Positions 42,574 through 53,038 of a DNA stretch of 64,000 nucleotides are shown here, in pieces (position 1 is the first letter of the stretch; each line of letters opens with the position of its first letter). The translations under genes and the position numbers were made by a program. The notes beneath the pieces are model-generated. The model was given only the letters and a program-made list of their open reading frames with translations, did no database searches and was not told the DNA's origin. The stretch is from Nitrospirota bacterium. Its GTDB lineage: Bacteria > Nitrospirota > Thermodesulfovibrionia > Thermodesulfovibrionales > UBA9159. Where the stretch lies: contig CAVOUE010000006.1 of NCBI GenBank assembly GCA_963699545.1, forward strand, positions 384,001 through 448,000, in the 5' to 3' direction.

Positions 42574-43290
42574 TCAGCGTTCTGCCCTTGTCTTGACGGT
42601 GCCGAATCTCCTCTCTCTCAGCTGGTAGTCATGCAGGGCGAGGAAAAACTCTTCCCGTGTGAAATCAGGCCACAGGGTATCGGTAAAATGCAGCTCCGCA
42701 TATGCAGCCTGCCAGAGGAGGAAATTGCTGATCCGCTTCTCACCGCTGGTTCTGATGATAAGGTCCGGAGCGGGAAGACCCGATGTGTCAAGGAGTGAAT
42801 CAAAAAATGCTTCGCTCATGTCCTCGGGCTTCATCCCCAGACCGATCGCTTTCTTCACTGCCCGTATGATTTCATTCCTGCCGCTGTAACTCAGGGCAAG
42901 GACGAGGTTCAGCCCTTTATTGTGAAGGGACTTTTCTTCCGCCTCTTTCAGGAGGACCTGTATACTTTCCGGCAGCCTCCATATCTCCCCGACGGTCCTG
43001 AACACGATTCCCCCCTTTATCAGCTCACTGAATTCCTTTTTCAGATAGAATTCCAGGAGTTTCATCAGCATGGACACCTCGTCACCCGGTCTCTTCCAGT
43101 TCTCAAGGGAGAACGCATAGAGCGTAAGGGTGCCGACACCAACTTCCCTCGCAGCTTCAATAATCTCCCTCGTCCTCTCAGCGCCCCGCTTGTGACCCTC
43201 GATCCTCGGAAGGCCCCGCATCTCCGCCCATCGTCCGTTGCCGTCCATGATAATGGCCACATGCGCCGGTATTCTCCCGGATAAGAGCAT
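42574..43290 (-). CDS. uppS: Undecaprenyl diphosphate synthase
   Basis: HVAIIMDGNGRWA, FSLENWKRP, IRTSGE. Confidence 0.97.
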   Translation of the reverse strand: MLLSGRIPAHVAIIMDGNGRWAEMRGLPRIEGHKRGAERTREIIEAAREVGVGTLTLYAFSLENWKRPGDEVSMLMKLLEFYLKKEFSELIKGGIVFRTVGEIWRLPESIQVLLKEAEEKSLHNKGLNLVLALSYSGRNEIIRAVKKAIGLGMKPEDMSEAFFDSLLDTSGLPAPDLIIRTSGEKRISNFLLWQAAYAELHFTDTLWPDFTREEFFLALHDYQLRERRFGTVKTRAER

Positions 43291-43301
43291 CTCCTCTCCC
43301 G

Positions 43302-45027
43302 CTATCTTCCCTTGAGAGAGTATATGTAGAGCATGCTTCCCATGGGGCTCTCGCCCTTCAGGATATTCTTCGGCTTAAACCCGAACAGGGGGTTGCTGAG
43401 GACGACGAGTTTATCCTGCATAAATGTGTAATCCATAACCCCCCCCGATATTCCGTCGATCAGTACGTTCTCTTCCATGGAAAGTCCGGTCCACCAGACG
43501 GTCTTTATCTGGGAGCCTTTGAATCCCAGCCCCCTTGCCATGTCTGTCAGGGGGATCCTCTTCACCACGAAGGACTCCCTGCTTCGCATAAACAACCTGT
43601 CCTTTACCGACCACTCGCCCCTGTCGACCATAACAGTGGGAGCTTTCTTCGTGAAGGTCTGCCGGAAGCCCTGATAGCCTTCCTTGCTCTGCCACACCCT
43701 CAGTCCGTCATCATTATAAAGATTCAGGTGTCCGGTACTGTCATAGGCCAGGGTATACTGCGCGCCGTCAGGTCCGGTCATATACGTGAAATCATAGATA
43801 TTCACTCCGGCGGGAAGCTTTAGCGCGTCTCCCTTTGTGAAACCGCCGGAGGCAGTGTCCATCTTAAAGACACGGCCTCCAAAGCCTTCGCCTTCGTCAT
43901 AATACTGGCCGACGAGCCCCAAACCGGGAAGTGCCCTCATGAAAACGTTTCCTTTCCAGAGCAATGAAAATTCAGAACCTTTGCGCTCATAGATATACGA
44001 GACCACTTTCCCTTCGTCTTTTATGACCGGCTTCATGGTATCACCCGTAGTATCAACCTGCCTTCCCCTCATCGCCGTCACGATGATCTCGTCCTTCCCG
44101 TCTCCGTTGACATCCATCGTATCGATCCAGATGTAATCATCACTGGCCGGTCCCTTATGCTCGTAAAGGGGCTTAAGGGTACCGCCGAGGAGAATATACC
44201 CTTATTTCACGCCCGAAACCGATGATCATTTCCCTGTTGCCATCCCCCTCCAGATCTCCTGATGCAACGAGACTAGCGCTGAAGGGGAGATCAAAGAAGA
44301 GGAGCACATCTCCAGCCGAAGCCAGCGGCATAAGCATGTTCCGGCCAGCCCTGAACTCCTTCACAACAGCCATATCCACCCTGACCTCCTGGTCAGCAAG
44401 ACCTGCCGAATCCTCGGCCCAGAGGATTCTCTGCCTGAGGAGTATCTCCTTTTCCGACTCCTTTGCCGTAAGGATAAGGGCCGCCTCTGCGTTAAGCCTT
44501 TTCGCCTCGGCGATGATCTGCCCATCATCAGCAGAGTCAAGGGACGTATCCATTAACTCCAGCCGCCCGCTCTCCTTCAACGCCTGGTAATAGGCCTCTG
44601 CAAGGTTCCAGTCGACATTTTTGTCCTGATAAAAGAGGACCCTTGCCTTCATCTCCGAAACCCTCAGGATGTCACCCGTCCCGGCGTTGCCCTTGATGAT
44701 CTCCAGAGTGGATTGGTCAGAGCTCACATCCTTTACTTCAGCCTTTCCTTCGGGAGTTTCGACGCGACCCATGGGCTCCTTGGTGACAGGATGAAGGAAA
44801 GGCGTTCCCTCTTTGAAGATCGTGAACCTCATGCCCTTCTTTACCCCCGCTGGAACGCCCAGATCAGATGTGACGACATTGCCGCTCACGGAAACCACTG
44901 TGCCTTTCAGGGGCCGAAAGTACGAAACGGTCTCCTCCTTGAGCTGACTGATCGCGTCGTCGGCATATGCAGTGCCCGATAACAAAATCGCACCGAGAAA
45001 CAGTATAAAGCGGCATCTTTGCCTCAT
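43302..45027 (-). CDS. Exported FG-GAP/VCBS-repeat protein (frameshift near 44175)
   Basis: Signal peptide; GDLEGDGNRE and DVNGDGKDEI repeats in two consecutive ORFs. Confidence 0.75.
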
Positions 45028-45227
45028 TTGGCCTCCTGGAAATACCTGTTAAACCCTAACCTCTTACGTCCATGAAAATCAAGTCTATAGAATAATTCCA
45101 CCTTCATGCACATTTCGCACACACTTTGTGCAAACAAAATTATACCACACCGGCAGGTCTAAACCTCAAGCACGGAGGAACCGGGCAGCAGCCTATTGTT
45201 TTAACAGGTGTGATAGAATAGAATCCC

Positions 45228-46079
45228 ATGAAGGTCTCACTCATAATACCCACGCTGAATGCCGGTTCCGATATCGAAACCCTCCTCGCCGGGGTCTCGA
45301 CCCAGGACGTGAAGCCGCACGAGACAATCATCATCGATTCCTCCTCAGATGACACTACGGTAGAGATCGCGCAGCGGTTCGGTGCAAAGACAGTGGTGAT
45401 CCCCAGACGGGTGTTTAACCACGGAAGGACGAGAAATGTTGCGGCCAGGGAGGCTGAGGGAGATGTTCTCGTCTTCATGACACAGGACGCCTTGCCCTTC
45501 GACAAGGAGCTCCTCGGAAATTTGACCGCTCCCCTGGCGGAGGATGATATCGCCGGGGCATATGGAAGGCATGTGCCCCGTCACAACGCGTCACCGCCTG
45601 AGATCTTTGCAAGGCAGTTCAATTATCCGGAGTCGTCCACGGTAAAATCGATGAGCGACCTCAGCACGTGCGGCATCAAGACCTTTTTCTTCAGCAATGT
45701 GTGTTCTGCGGTCAAGAGAGAGCTATTCTTCAGGGTCGGGATGTTTCCTGAAGGGGTGAGGTCCAATGAAGACATGCTCCTGGCTGCTCGGCTTATCCTC
45801 AGCGGGCAGAAGGTGGCATACGTTCCCACTGCGAGGGTTATTCATTCTCATACGTATTCGCTTTTTCGGCTGTTTACGCGGTATTATAATATCGGGTCGT
45901 CCCTGAAGAGCAATGAGTGGGTGCTGAAGTATGCTTGTTCCGAGCGGGAAGGGTTGAGGTTCCTTAAGGAGGAGCTTCGTTTTCTTCTTACCGGGAAGCG
46001 ATACAGATGGATCCCGTATATTCTTCTGGAAGCCCTGTCAAAATATGCGGGATACAGGATCGGTTTGATTTCAGGATGA
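45228..46079 (+). CDS. Family 2 glycosyltransferase (rhamnosyltransferase-like)
   Basis: IIPTLN, IDSSSDD, FNHGRTRN, TQDA, NED, HSH. Confidence 0.9.
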   Translation: MKVSLIIPTLNAGSDIETLLAGVSTQDVKPHETIIIDSSSDDTTVEIAQRFGAKTVVIPRRVFNHGRTRNVAAREAEGDVLVFMTQDALPFDKELLGNLTAPLAEDDIAGAYGRHVPRHNASPPEIFARQFNYPESSTVKSMSDLSTCGIKTFFFSNVCSAVKRELFFRVGMFPEGVRSNEDMLLAARLILSGQKVAYVPTARVIHSHTYSLFRLFTRYYNIGSSLKSNEWVLKYACSEREGLRFLKEELRFLLTGKRYRWIPYILLEALSKYAGYRIGLISG

Positions 46080-47524
46080 GTGAAATCATCAAGGTATTAA
46101 GAGGGTTTCTTAAGGTCATCTGCTTTGTCATCATAGACCTCCTTGCGTTCTACACTTCCCTTTTTGCCGCATGGGTGCTGAGGTCAAAGATCCTGTCCTC
46201 GTTCGTACGTGACCTTCCGGCATTTGACCAGTTCTCCTATTCTTATTTCCTGTCATTGTGGTGGATACCTGCTCTCTTTATATTCTTTATCTTTTACGAA
46301 GGCCTCTACGACAGGAACCAGCCCTTCTGGGACGAGGCGAGGGTGATGGTAAAGGCCGTATTCCTCGCAACCCTCACGGTGATGGCCATCGTCACCCTGG
46401 GGAAGATGCAGGACAGGATATCCCGCCTGGTCCTCCTGGGGATGTGGACTGCGTCCCTCTTCGCCTTCCCTCTCTTCAGGCTCTGGGGAAAGCGGCTGTT
46501 CTACCGCGCAGGCATCTGGAGGGAGAGGACCCTGATATTGGGAGCGGGGAACGCAGGGAGGCTGGTCATGGAAGGTCTCCAGAGAGAGACACACATGGGA
46601 TATGAGGTCATCGGGTTCTTGGACGATGATGAAAAGAAATGGGGAGAGATCATCAGCGGGAAGAAGGTGTTCGGACGGGTCAGGCACTTCCCGAGATTCA
46701 TCAGGGACCTGCGGATCGTCACCATCATCATCGCCATGCCCTCCCTCCCGCCGGAACGGCTCGCTGCCCTTACCGCCAGCGTCCAGAATCACGCCGCCAA
46801 TACCTTGGTGATTCCTGATCTCAGGGGCATTGCGCTCCTGAACACAGGACTCCTTCATCTTTTCTATGAAGAGATATTCCTGATGAACATACGGAACAAC
46901 CTCAAATCCGCTGTCAACAGGTTCGTCAAGAGACTCTTCGATGTCACTTTTGGGATCACCGCCATGCCCCTCCTCTTGCCGCTCATCGGGATCATCGGCC
47001 TGGTGATACGCCTGGAGACGCCGGGACCTGCGATCTATGCCCATGACAGGATCGGAAAAGGGGGAAAGACCTTCCGCTGCTACAAATTCAGGACCATGCT
47101 GCGTGATGCGGAAGAGCGGCTAAGGGAGATCCTCGAAAACAACGACGGGATCCGCAGTGAGTGGGAAAAGAACTGGAAGCTGAAGGATGATCCGCGGATC
47201 ACCAAAATCGGCCGTTTCCTCAGGAAGACATCCCTTGATGAGCTTCCCCAGATATTCAATGTCCTCAAAGGGGAAATGAGCTTCGTCGGACCGAGACCAT
47301 ATCTCCTGAGAGAACGGAATGTTCTTGAAGAACAGCTCCCGGTCATCTGCAGTACCAAGCCCGGCATCACCGGATTATGGCAGGTTTCGGGAAGGAGCGA
47401 CACCGGCCGCGAGTACCGTCTGAAACTTGATGCGTGGTACGTAATGAACTGGTCCCTGTGGTTTGACATCGCCATACTGTTCAAGACGATACGGGTAGTT
47501 GCAAAGATGGAGGGTGCATACTGA
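46076..47524 (+). CDS. wbaP: Undecaprenyl-phosphate sugar phosphotransferase, WbaP family
   Basis: N-terminal TM helices, KRLFD, KFRTM, DELPQ, VGPRP, PGITGLWQV. Confidence 0.9.
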   Translation: MSEIIKVLRGFLKVICFVIIDLLAFYTSLFAAWVLRSKILSSFVRDLPAFDQFSYSYFLSLWWIPALFIFFIFYEGLYDRNQPFWDEARVMVKAVFLATLTVMAIVTLGKMQDRISRLVLLGMWTASLFAFPLFRLWGKRLFYRAGIWRERTLILGAGNAGRLVMEGLQRETHMGYEVIGFLDDDEKKWGEIISGKKVFGRVRHFPRFIRDLRIVTIIIAMPSLPPERLAALTASVQNHAANTLVIPDLRGIALLNTGLLHLFYEEIFLMNIRNNLKSAVNRFVKRLFDVTFGITAMPLLLPLIGIIGLVIRLETPGPAIYAHDRIGKGGKTFRCYKFRTMLRDAEERLREILENNDGIRSEWEKNWKLKDDPRITKIGRFLRKTSLDELPQIFNVLKGEMSFVGPRPYLLRERNVLEEQLPVICSTKPGITGLWQVSGRSDTGREYRLKLDAWYVMNWSLWFDIAILFKTIRVVAKMEGAY

Positions 47525-47572
47525 CCCTATAGTCCGGAACGGAGCGATGCACCGCGTTTGTGATATAATAAT

Positions 47573-49133
47573 GTGCACATTATCTCTGAGGAGCGTGTAA
47601 AAGTGATCAAAGAGATTCCGTATCTTACTGCTGATGACCTTCCCAAGGTCCCTTTTGTCCTCGAGGGCATATCATCCCGTTTTATCCGTGAATACATGGT
47701 GGTCCCGCTTGAACTGAAGAACAATGTTCTGAAGGTGGTTATGGCGAACCCTGAGGACAGGGAAACCATCGATGCCCTCAGAGTGGCCACTCGGCCGATA
47801 TAGCTGTCTTACGGAGCCAGCGCAGAGGTCATCGAATGAGTACATATCCAAGTTCTATGGCCAGGAATCGCAGAACATAAACAGGATCATTGAGGACATC
47901 GGCGAAAAAGGCCTCGAGTTCGTCAGGGAAGAGGAAGAGGACGTCGGCCATCTCAAGGACCTCGCCTCGGAGGCGCCCATCATAAAACTCGTCAACCTTC
48001 TCATTACGAGGGCGGTGGAGGGCAGGGCAAGCGATATACATATCGAGCCCTTCGAGGATGAATTGAAGGTGACGATACCGCATCGACGGCGTGCTGCACG
48101 ATATGGAATCCACACCAAAGAAGCTGCAGGCAGCGATCGTGTCGAGAATAAAGATCATGGCGAAACTGAACATCGCCGAGCGGAGACTGCCCCAGGACGG
48201 CCGCATCAGGCTCAAGGTCGGTGAGAAGGAGATAGACCTCAGGGTATCCACCATCCCCGTACTCCACGGCGAAAGCGTCGTCATGAGGATCCTCCGTAAA
48301 GGAAGGCATCGTGATAGACCTCGACGTGCTTGGATTTCCTGCAGACACCCTTTCCGGCTTTCAACCAGCTCATCACAAAACCGAACGGCATCATGCTCGT
48401 TACCGGCCCGACAGGAAGCGGAAAGACCACCACCCTTTACGGCGCACTCGACAAGATAAATTCCCCTGACAAAAAGATCATCACGGTGGAGGACCCCGTC
48501 GAGTACCAGCTCAAGGGGGTGAACCAGATACAGGTCAAGCCCCAGATCGGTCTGAATTTTGCCAATACGCTGCGGCATATCGTCAGGCAGGACCCCGACA
48601 TCATCATGATCGGCGAGATCAGGGACCTTGAAACAGCGGAGATCGCCATACAGTCGGCCCTGACCGGCCATCTTGTCTTTTCGACACTCCATACCAACGA
48701 CGCACCGAGCGCCATCACACGACTCCTCGATATGGGGGTCGAGAATTTCCTCCTCTCTTCCACCGTTCGCGGTATCCTCGCGCAGAGGCTCGTGAGGATG
48801 ATCTGCCCTGTCCTGCAGGGAAGTGGATCCGCTCGCGGCAGACAAGGAAGAACTTGCCGTCTTCGGCATCGGAAGCGATATCACCCTCTATACGGGGAAG
48901 GGGTGCGACGAATGCGCCTATACGGGCTATTACGGCAGGTCGGGGATATTCGAACTGCTCATGGTGGATGACGAAATACGGAAGCTGATCCTCAAGAGCG
49001 CCGATGCGAACCAGCTGAGGGAGATGGCGCGAGGCAGCGCGGCATGAAGACCCTGCTCGAAGACGGTGCGGAAAAGATAAAGGCAGGCATCACCACCCTG
49101 AGCGAGGTCCTCAGGGTGACCCAGGAGGCTTAA
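47573..49133 (+). CDS. gspE: Type II secretion ATPase GspE (multiple frameshifts)
   Basis: [40 protein letters not shown] across fragments. Confidence 0.9.
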
Positions 49134-50327
49134 GTGGCCATTTTTTCTTACAGGGCAACCACCATGGAAGGCACAATCGTCGAAGGCGTCATCGAGGCGC
49201 CAGACGAAAAGAGTGCCATCGAAAAGCTGAGGAACAGCGGCGTCATCCCCTTAAAGATCGCCGCCCCGAGGGAAGGCATCGGAAGGAAATTCACGCTGAG
49301 GTCTTCCAAGGGTGACCTCCTCACGTTCACGACAGAGCTCTCGGCCCTGCTCGGAGCGGGGTTGCCCCTCGACAGGAGCCTTAATATCCTCTCCGATATC
49401 TCGGAAAGCAAAGAGATGAAGAGTATCATCCATTCCATCCTCAAGTCGATCAGGGAGGGAAGCTCCTTTTCTGACGCACTGCAGCAACATCCGAAGGTCT
49501 TCCCCAAACTTTATGTAAACATGATACGGGCGGGCGAGGCAGGCGGTGTGCTCGATGTGGTGCTGGATAAACTGAATGAGTTCCTCGAAACCTCCAAGGA
49601 ACTGAAGGACACCATAGTTTCAGCAATGATCTATCCCACCATACTGATCGTGACCGGCGGGATATCGATCATTGTTCTGCTCACCTATGTGCTCCCGAAA
49701 TTCTCGGTGATATTTTCAGAACTGGGAAGTGCGTTGCCCCTCTCCACACAGATCGTTCTGGGGTTCAGCAATTTTCTCAAGACATACTGGTGGATTGCTC
49801 TGTTGCTGGTAATCGGCGGATGGTTCATTTTCAGAATGTATGTGAAATCTCCCGCGGGCAGATATCAGTGGGACTCCTTTAAGCTGAAGCTGATGGGTGA
49901 AGTCATAACGAAGATCGAGACGGCACGGTTTTCACGGACCCTGGGAACGCTCCTGAAAAGCGGGGTTCCCCTCCTGCAGGCGCTGAACAACTCAAAGGAC
50001 GTGATCAGCAACCAGGTCATCGCCTCTGCTATCGACAGGGTCTCAAAAGGCGCAAAGGAAGGGAAAGGCATAGCGGTCCCTTTGTCTGATGCCGACGTCT
50101 TCCCTCCCCTTGCCCTCTCCATGATCAAGGTCGGAGAAGAGACCGGCCAGCTCGACACCATGCTGATGAAGGTCGCATCCACGTATGAGAAGAGCCTGAG
50201 GCTTGCCGTAAAGAGATTTGTGAGCATCCTTGAACCAGCAATGATTCTCGGTATGGGCTTGATCATCGGTTTTATCGTGGTCTCGATGCTCATGGCCATC
50301 TTCAGCATAACCGAACTGCCGTTCTGA
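49134..50327 (+). CDS. gspF: Type II secretion inner-membrane protein GspF
   Basis: AGEAGG, AMIYP, GEETGQLD, LEPAMI. Confidence 0.93.
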   Translation: MAIFSYRATTMEGTIVEGVIEAPDEKSAIEKLRNSGVIPLKIAAPREGIGRKFTLRSSKGDLLTFTTELSALLGAGLPLDRSLNILSDISESKEMKSIIHSILKSIREGSSFSDALQQHPKVFPKLYVNMIRAGEAGGVLDVVLDKLNEFLETSKELKDTIVSAMIYPTILIVTGGISIIVLLTYVLPKFSVIFSELGSALPLSTQIVLGFSNFLKTYWWIALLLVIGGWFIFRMYVKSPAGRYQWDSFKLKLMGEVITKIETARFSRTLGTLLKSGVPLLQALNNSKDVISNQVIASAIDRVSKGAKEGKGIAVPLSDADVFPPLALSMIKVGEETGQLDTMLMKVASTYEKSLRLAVKRFVSILEPAMILGMGLIIGFIVVSMLMAIFSITELPF

Positions 50328-50331
50328 ACAA

Positions 50332-50880
50332 ATGGTCTTTTCAAAAAACTATTCCGACCGCAAAACACGCAGAGATGAGAAATCAACACACAATTTGATA
50401 TCCCGCATACGTAGAAATTGTTCTCTACATACTCTGCAGCCGGTACGCGCTGGGGAATCCGGTTTCACGCTACTGGAGATGCTCATCGTACTGTTCCTCG
50501 CGGTCCTTATGGTAATGCTCGCTGCTGTGCTCCTGACAAACACCCTTGCTTCCAGCAGGCTCAATGCCACTGCCAGGGAGATATCCGCGTCCATACGACA
50601 TGCCAGAACCCTTGCGCAGATCCACGGAGAACGGCAGACCCTCACGATAGACCTTGATGCAAAACAGTACGGGATAGAAGGCCGCACCTCAAGAAGCATA
50701 CCTCCGAACATCGATATAAAGGTGACCGACCCCTTTTCCGGGGACGTCTACTCAGGCAAGTACCTTATCGTGGCGAGCGCCACCGGCATGGTGAGCGGTG
50801 GGACCATCTTTTTGTGGAATAAGAAGAGGGCGGTGACTATCCAGCTGGATCCCATAGTTGGAGCGGTGGTGACAAAATGA
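50332..50880 (+). CDS. gspH: GspH/FimT-like minor pseudopilin
   Basis: G-FTLLE prepilin site and operon position; start uncertain. Confidence 0.75.
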   Translation: MVFSKNYSDRKTRRDEKSTHNLISRIRRNCSLHTLQPVRAGESGFTLLEMLIVLFLAVLMVMLAAVLLTNTLASSRLNATAREISASIRHARTLAQIHGERQTLTIDLDAKQYGIEGRTSRSIPPNIDIKVTDPFSGDVYSGKYLIVASATGMVSGGTIFLWNKKRAVTIQLDPIVGAVVTK

Positions 50881-51356
50881 CGGGGAGATTCGGGGACCCG
50901 GAGACGCGGAGAACAGAAAAGGCGGCGAACGGGAGAAGTCCCCGGTTCCCCGATTCCCCGGCTCCCCGGCTGATCTCTGAACAGAGAGGCTTCACCCTCC
51001 TCGAGGTGCTCGTGGCGGTGGCCGTCCTCGGCATTGCAATAGCGGTGATCCTGCAGCTCTTCTCCGCTGGTCTGAGAGCCATATCAGCATCCGGGAATTA
51101 TATTGAGGCCTCTGCAAAGGCAGAGGCGAAGATGAGGGAGGTGCTCGATGACGACGCGCTCACGGAACGCTCCCTCAGCGAAACGACCAACGACGGATAC
51201 CGATTCGATATCTCGGTCACCAGGGCTTTGGGGAACAAAACAGAGAATCTGCCTGTGATACTTCTTGATATATCTCTTACGGTACACTGGACAAAGGGAA
51301 CAAAAGAGAGAGCACTCAACCTGAGAACGATGAAGATGGTGATCAAACAGATTTGA
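50877..51356 (+). CDS. gspI: GspI-like minor pseudopilin with a repeat-derived leader
   Basis: RG-FTLLEVLVA prepilin site. Confidence 0.8.
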   Translation: MTGRFGDPETRRTEKAANGRSPRFPDSPAPRLISEQRGFTLLEVLVAVAVLGIAIAVILQLFSAGLRAISASGNYIEASAKAEAKMREVLDDDALTERSLSETTNDGYRFDISVTRALGNKTENLPVILLDISLTVHWTKGTKERALNLRTMKMVIKQI

Positions 51357-51368
51357 CAGGGAGATGAG

Positions 51369-52046
51369 ATGACGGGATCGTACAGAAAAGCATTCATGAT
51401 GCGGGAAAGCACCGCCGGCTTCACTCTCCTCGAACTGGTTATATGCATCACCATCATAGGTATTATCGTCCTGATCATTGCCGGCGCTACGCGGCTCGGG
51501 TTCCGCTCCGTAGACGCTGGAGAGAAGAAGATCGAGCTCTTTGAGAGGATCAGGTCGTCTCTGTCGCTCATCAATTCCCAGATCCAGTCGGAAATCCCTC
51601 TGACGTTCGACGAAGACGGTTCCCGGAAGTATTATTTTAAGGGAAGCAGGGATTTTCTGCAGTTTCCCACCAACTATTCCCTCGCAGGCGGGGAGAGGGG
51701 CTATGTTCTTGCTGCTTACAGGGTAGTTCCGGGGGATCGCGGAAAGCCGGTCCTCTCTCTGACCGAGAGCGGCATCGGCATAACCGGCGGGATCGAGACA
51801 AGATTGCTGGATAGCTTTGACGAGATCTCTTTCGAGTACTTTTACAAAGAGCCCACGGCCGAGCAGGGAAACTGGGTCCAGCAGTGGACCGACGAGACCA
51901 CTATACCTGAAAAGATACGCGTACATTTTGTGGAAGGGAGAAAGGATCTCGCCCTCATCATTCCCATGAGGTCCAGGGGTTCCTTGGCGCAGAAACCGTC
52001 GGTAACGCAAGGAACCGGCGCCGCCTCCCAGAAGCCGGTCAAGTGA
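51369..52046 (+). CDS. gspJ: GspJ-like minor pseudopilin
   Basis: AG-FTLLELV prepilin site; W...W...P C-terminus. Confidence 0.8.
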   Translation: MTGSYRKAFMMRESTAGFTLLELVICITIIGIIVLIIAGATRLGFRSVDAGEKKIELFERIRSSLSLINSQIQSEIPLTFDEDGSRKYYFKGSRDFLQFPTNYSLAGGERGYVLAAYRVVPGDRGKPVLSLTESGIGITGGIETRLLDSFDEISFEYFYKEPTAEQGNWVQQWTDETTIPEKIRVHFVEGRKDLALIIPMRSRGSLAQKPSVTQGTGAASQKPVK

Positions 52047-53038
52047 GGCGGAACGGGTTCATGGGGATGCTCCCTGACCGTGTAGCAGCGGGATCCTTTT
52101 CGGAAAAAGGGGTCGCTCTTCTGATGGTGCTGTGGGTTCTCACCGTCCTCATGGTGATCGCTCTCTCTTTTTCATTTATGACGAAGACAGAAACCCTTGC
52201 CACGCTATCATTCAAGGAAGGCATAGAAAAGAAGTTCCTTGCAGAGGCCGGGATAGAACGGGGGATGATGGAGATGCTTTACAGAAGGCAAAATCTGAAT
52301 TCCGGAGACAGCGAGCTGTGGAAGGCCAATGGCACACCATACAGCGACCAGTTGGGTGACGGAAAGTATACGGTCAGGATTATGGACGAATCAGGAAAGC
52401 TCAATATCAACATGCTCGATGACAGTTCTGTTATAATACTAAAGAATTTACTGATACAATCGGGAGTAAAGGCAGAGGACGCTGATACCATTGCGGATTC
52501 CGTGCTTGACTGGAGAGATGCAGATGACCTTCACCGCCTTAACGGGGCTGAGAGCGATTACTACATGTCTCTGCCAAACCCTTACAAGGCAAAGAACGCA
52601 GATTTTGATACGGTAGAGGAACTTCTCATGGTGAAGGGTATGACACGCGAGATACTGTACGGGACCGAAGAAAAGAAAGGGATCATCGGCTTTCTTACGG
52701 TGAATTCAAATGTGGCCTCGATCAACCTGAATGCTGCCCCCAGGGAGCTCCTGCTGGGGCTGCCTGGCATGACCGCGGAAATAGCTGACACTATAATAAG
52801 CATCAGGGAGGAAAAGGAGATGCCGGGTCCTCAGGATTTTCAGGCCGCCCTTGGAGCAAGCTACGCCCTTCTGGCCCAATACGTCGGTTCCGCAGTTTCC
52901 AATGCATTTACGATCGATTCCGTCGGGTATAAGGACAGTGAGAAAAAGGGATATTCCATCAGGGCAACCGTCATTATCCAGCCCGACAACAAATTCAGAT
53001 ACGTATACTATAAAAGCCCGATGAATGTGACCCAATGA
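52043..53038 (+). CDS. gspK: GspK pseudopilin
   Basis: GVALLMVLW, DESGKLNIN, LDWRDAD, INLNAAP. Confidence 0.92.
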   Translation: MRRNGFMGMLPDRVAAGSFSEKGVALLMVLWVLTVLMVIALSFSFMTKTETLATLSFKEGIEKKFLAEAGIERGMMEMLYRRQNLNSGDSELWKANGTPYSDQLGDGKYTVRIMDESGKLNINMLDDSSVIILKNLLIQSGVKAEDADTIADSVLDWRDADDLHRLNGAESDYYMSLPNPYKAKNADFDTVEELLMVKGMTREILYGTEEKKGIIGFLTVNSNVASINLNAAPRELLLGLPGMTAEIADTIISIREEKEMPGPQDFQAALGASYALLAQYVGSAVSNAFTIDSVGYKDSEKKGYSIRATVIIQPDNKFRYVYYKSPMNVTQ

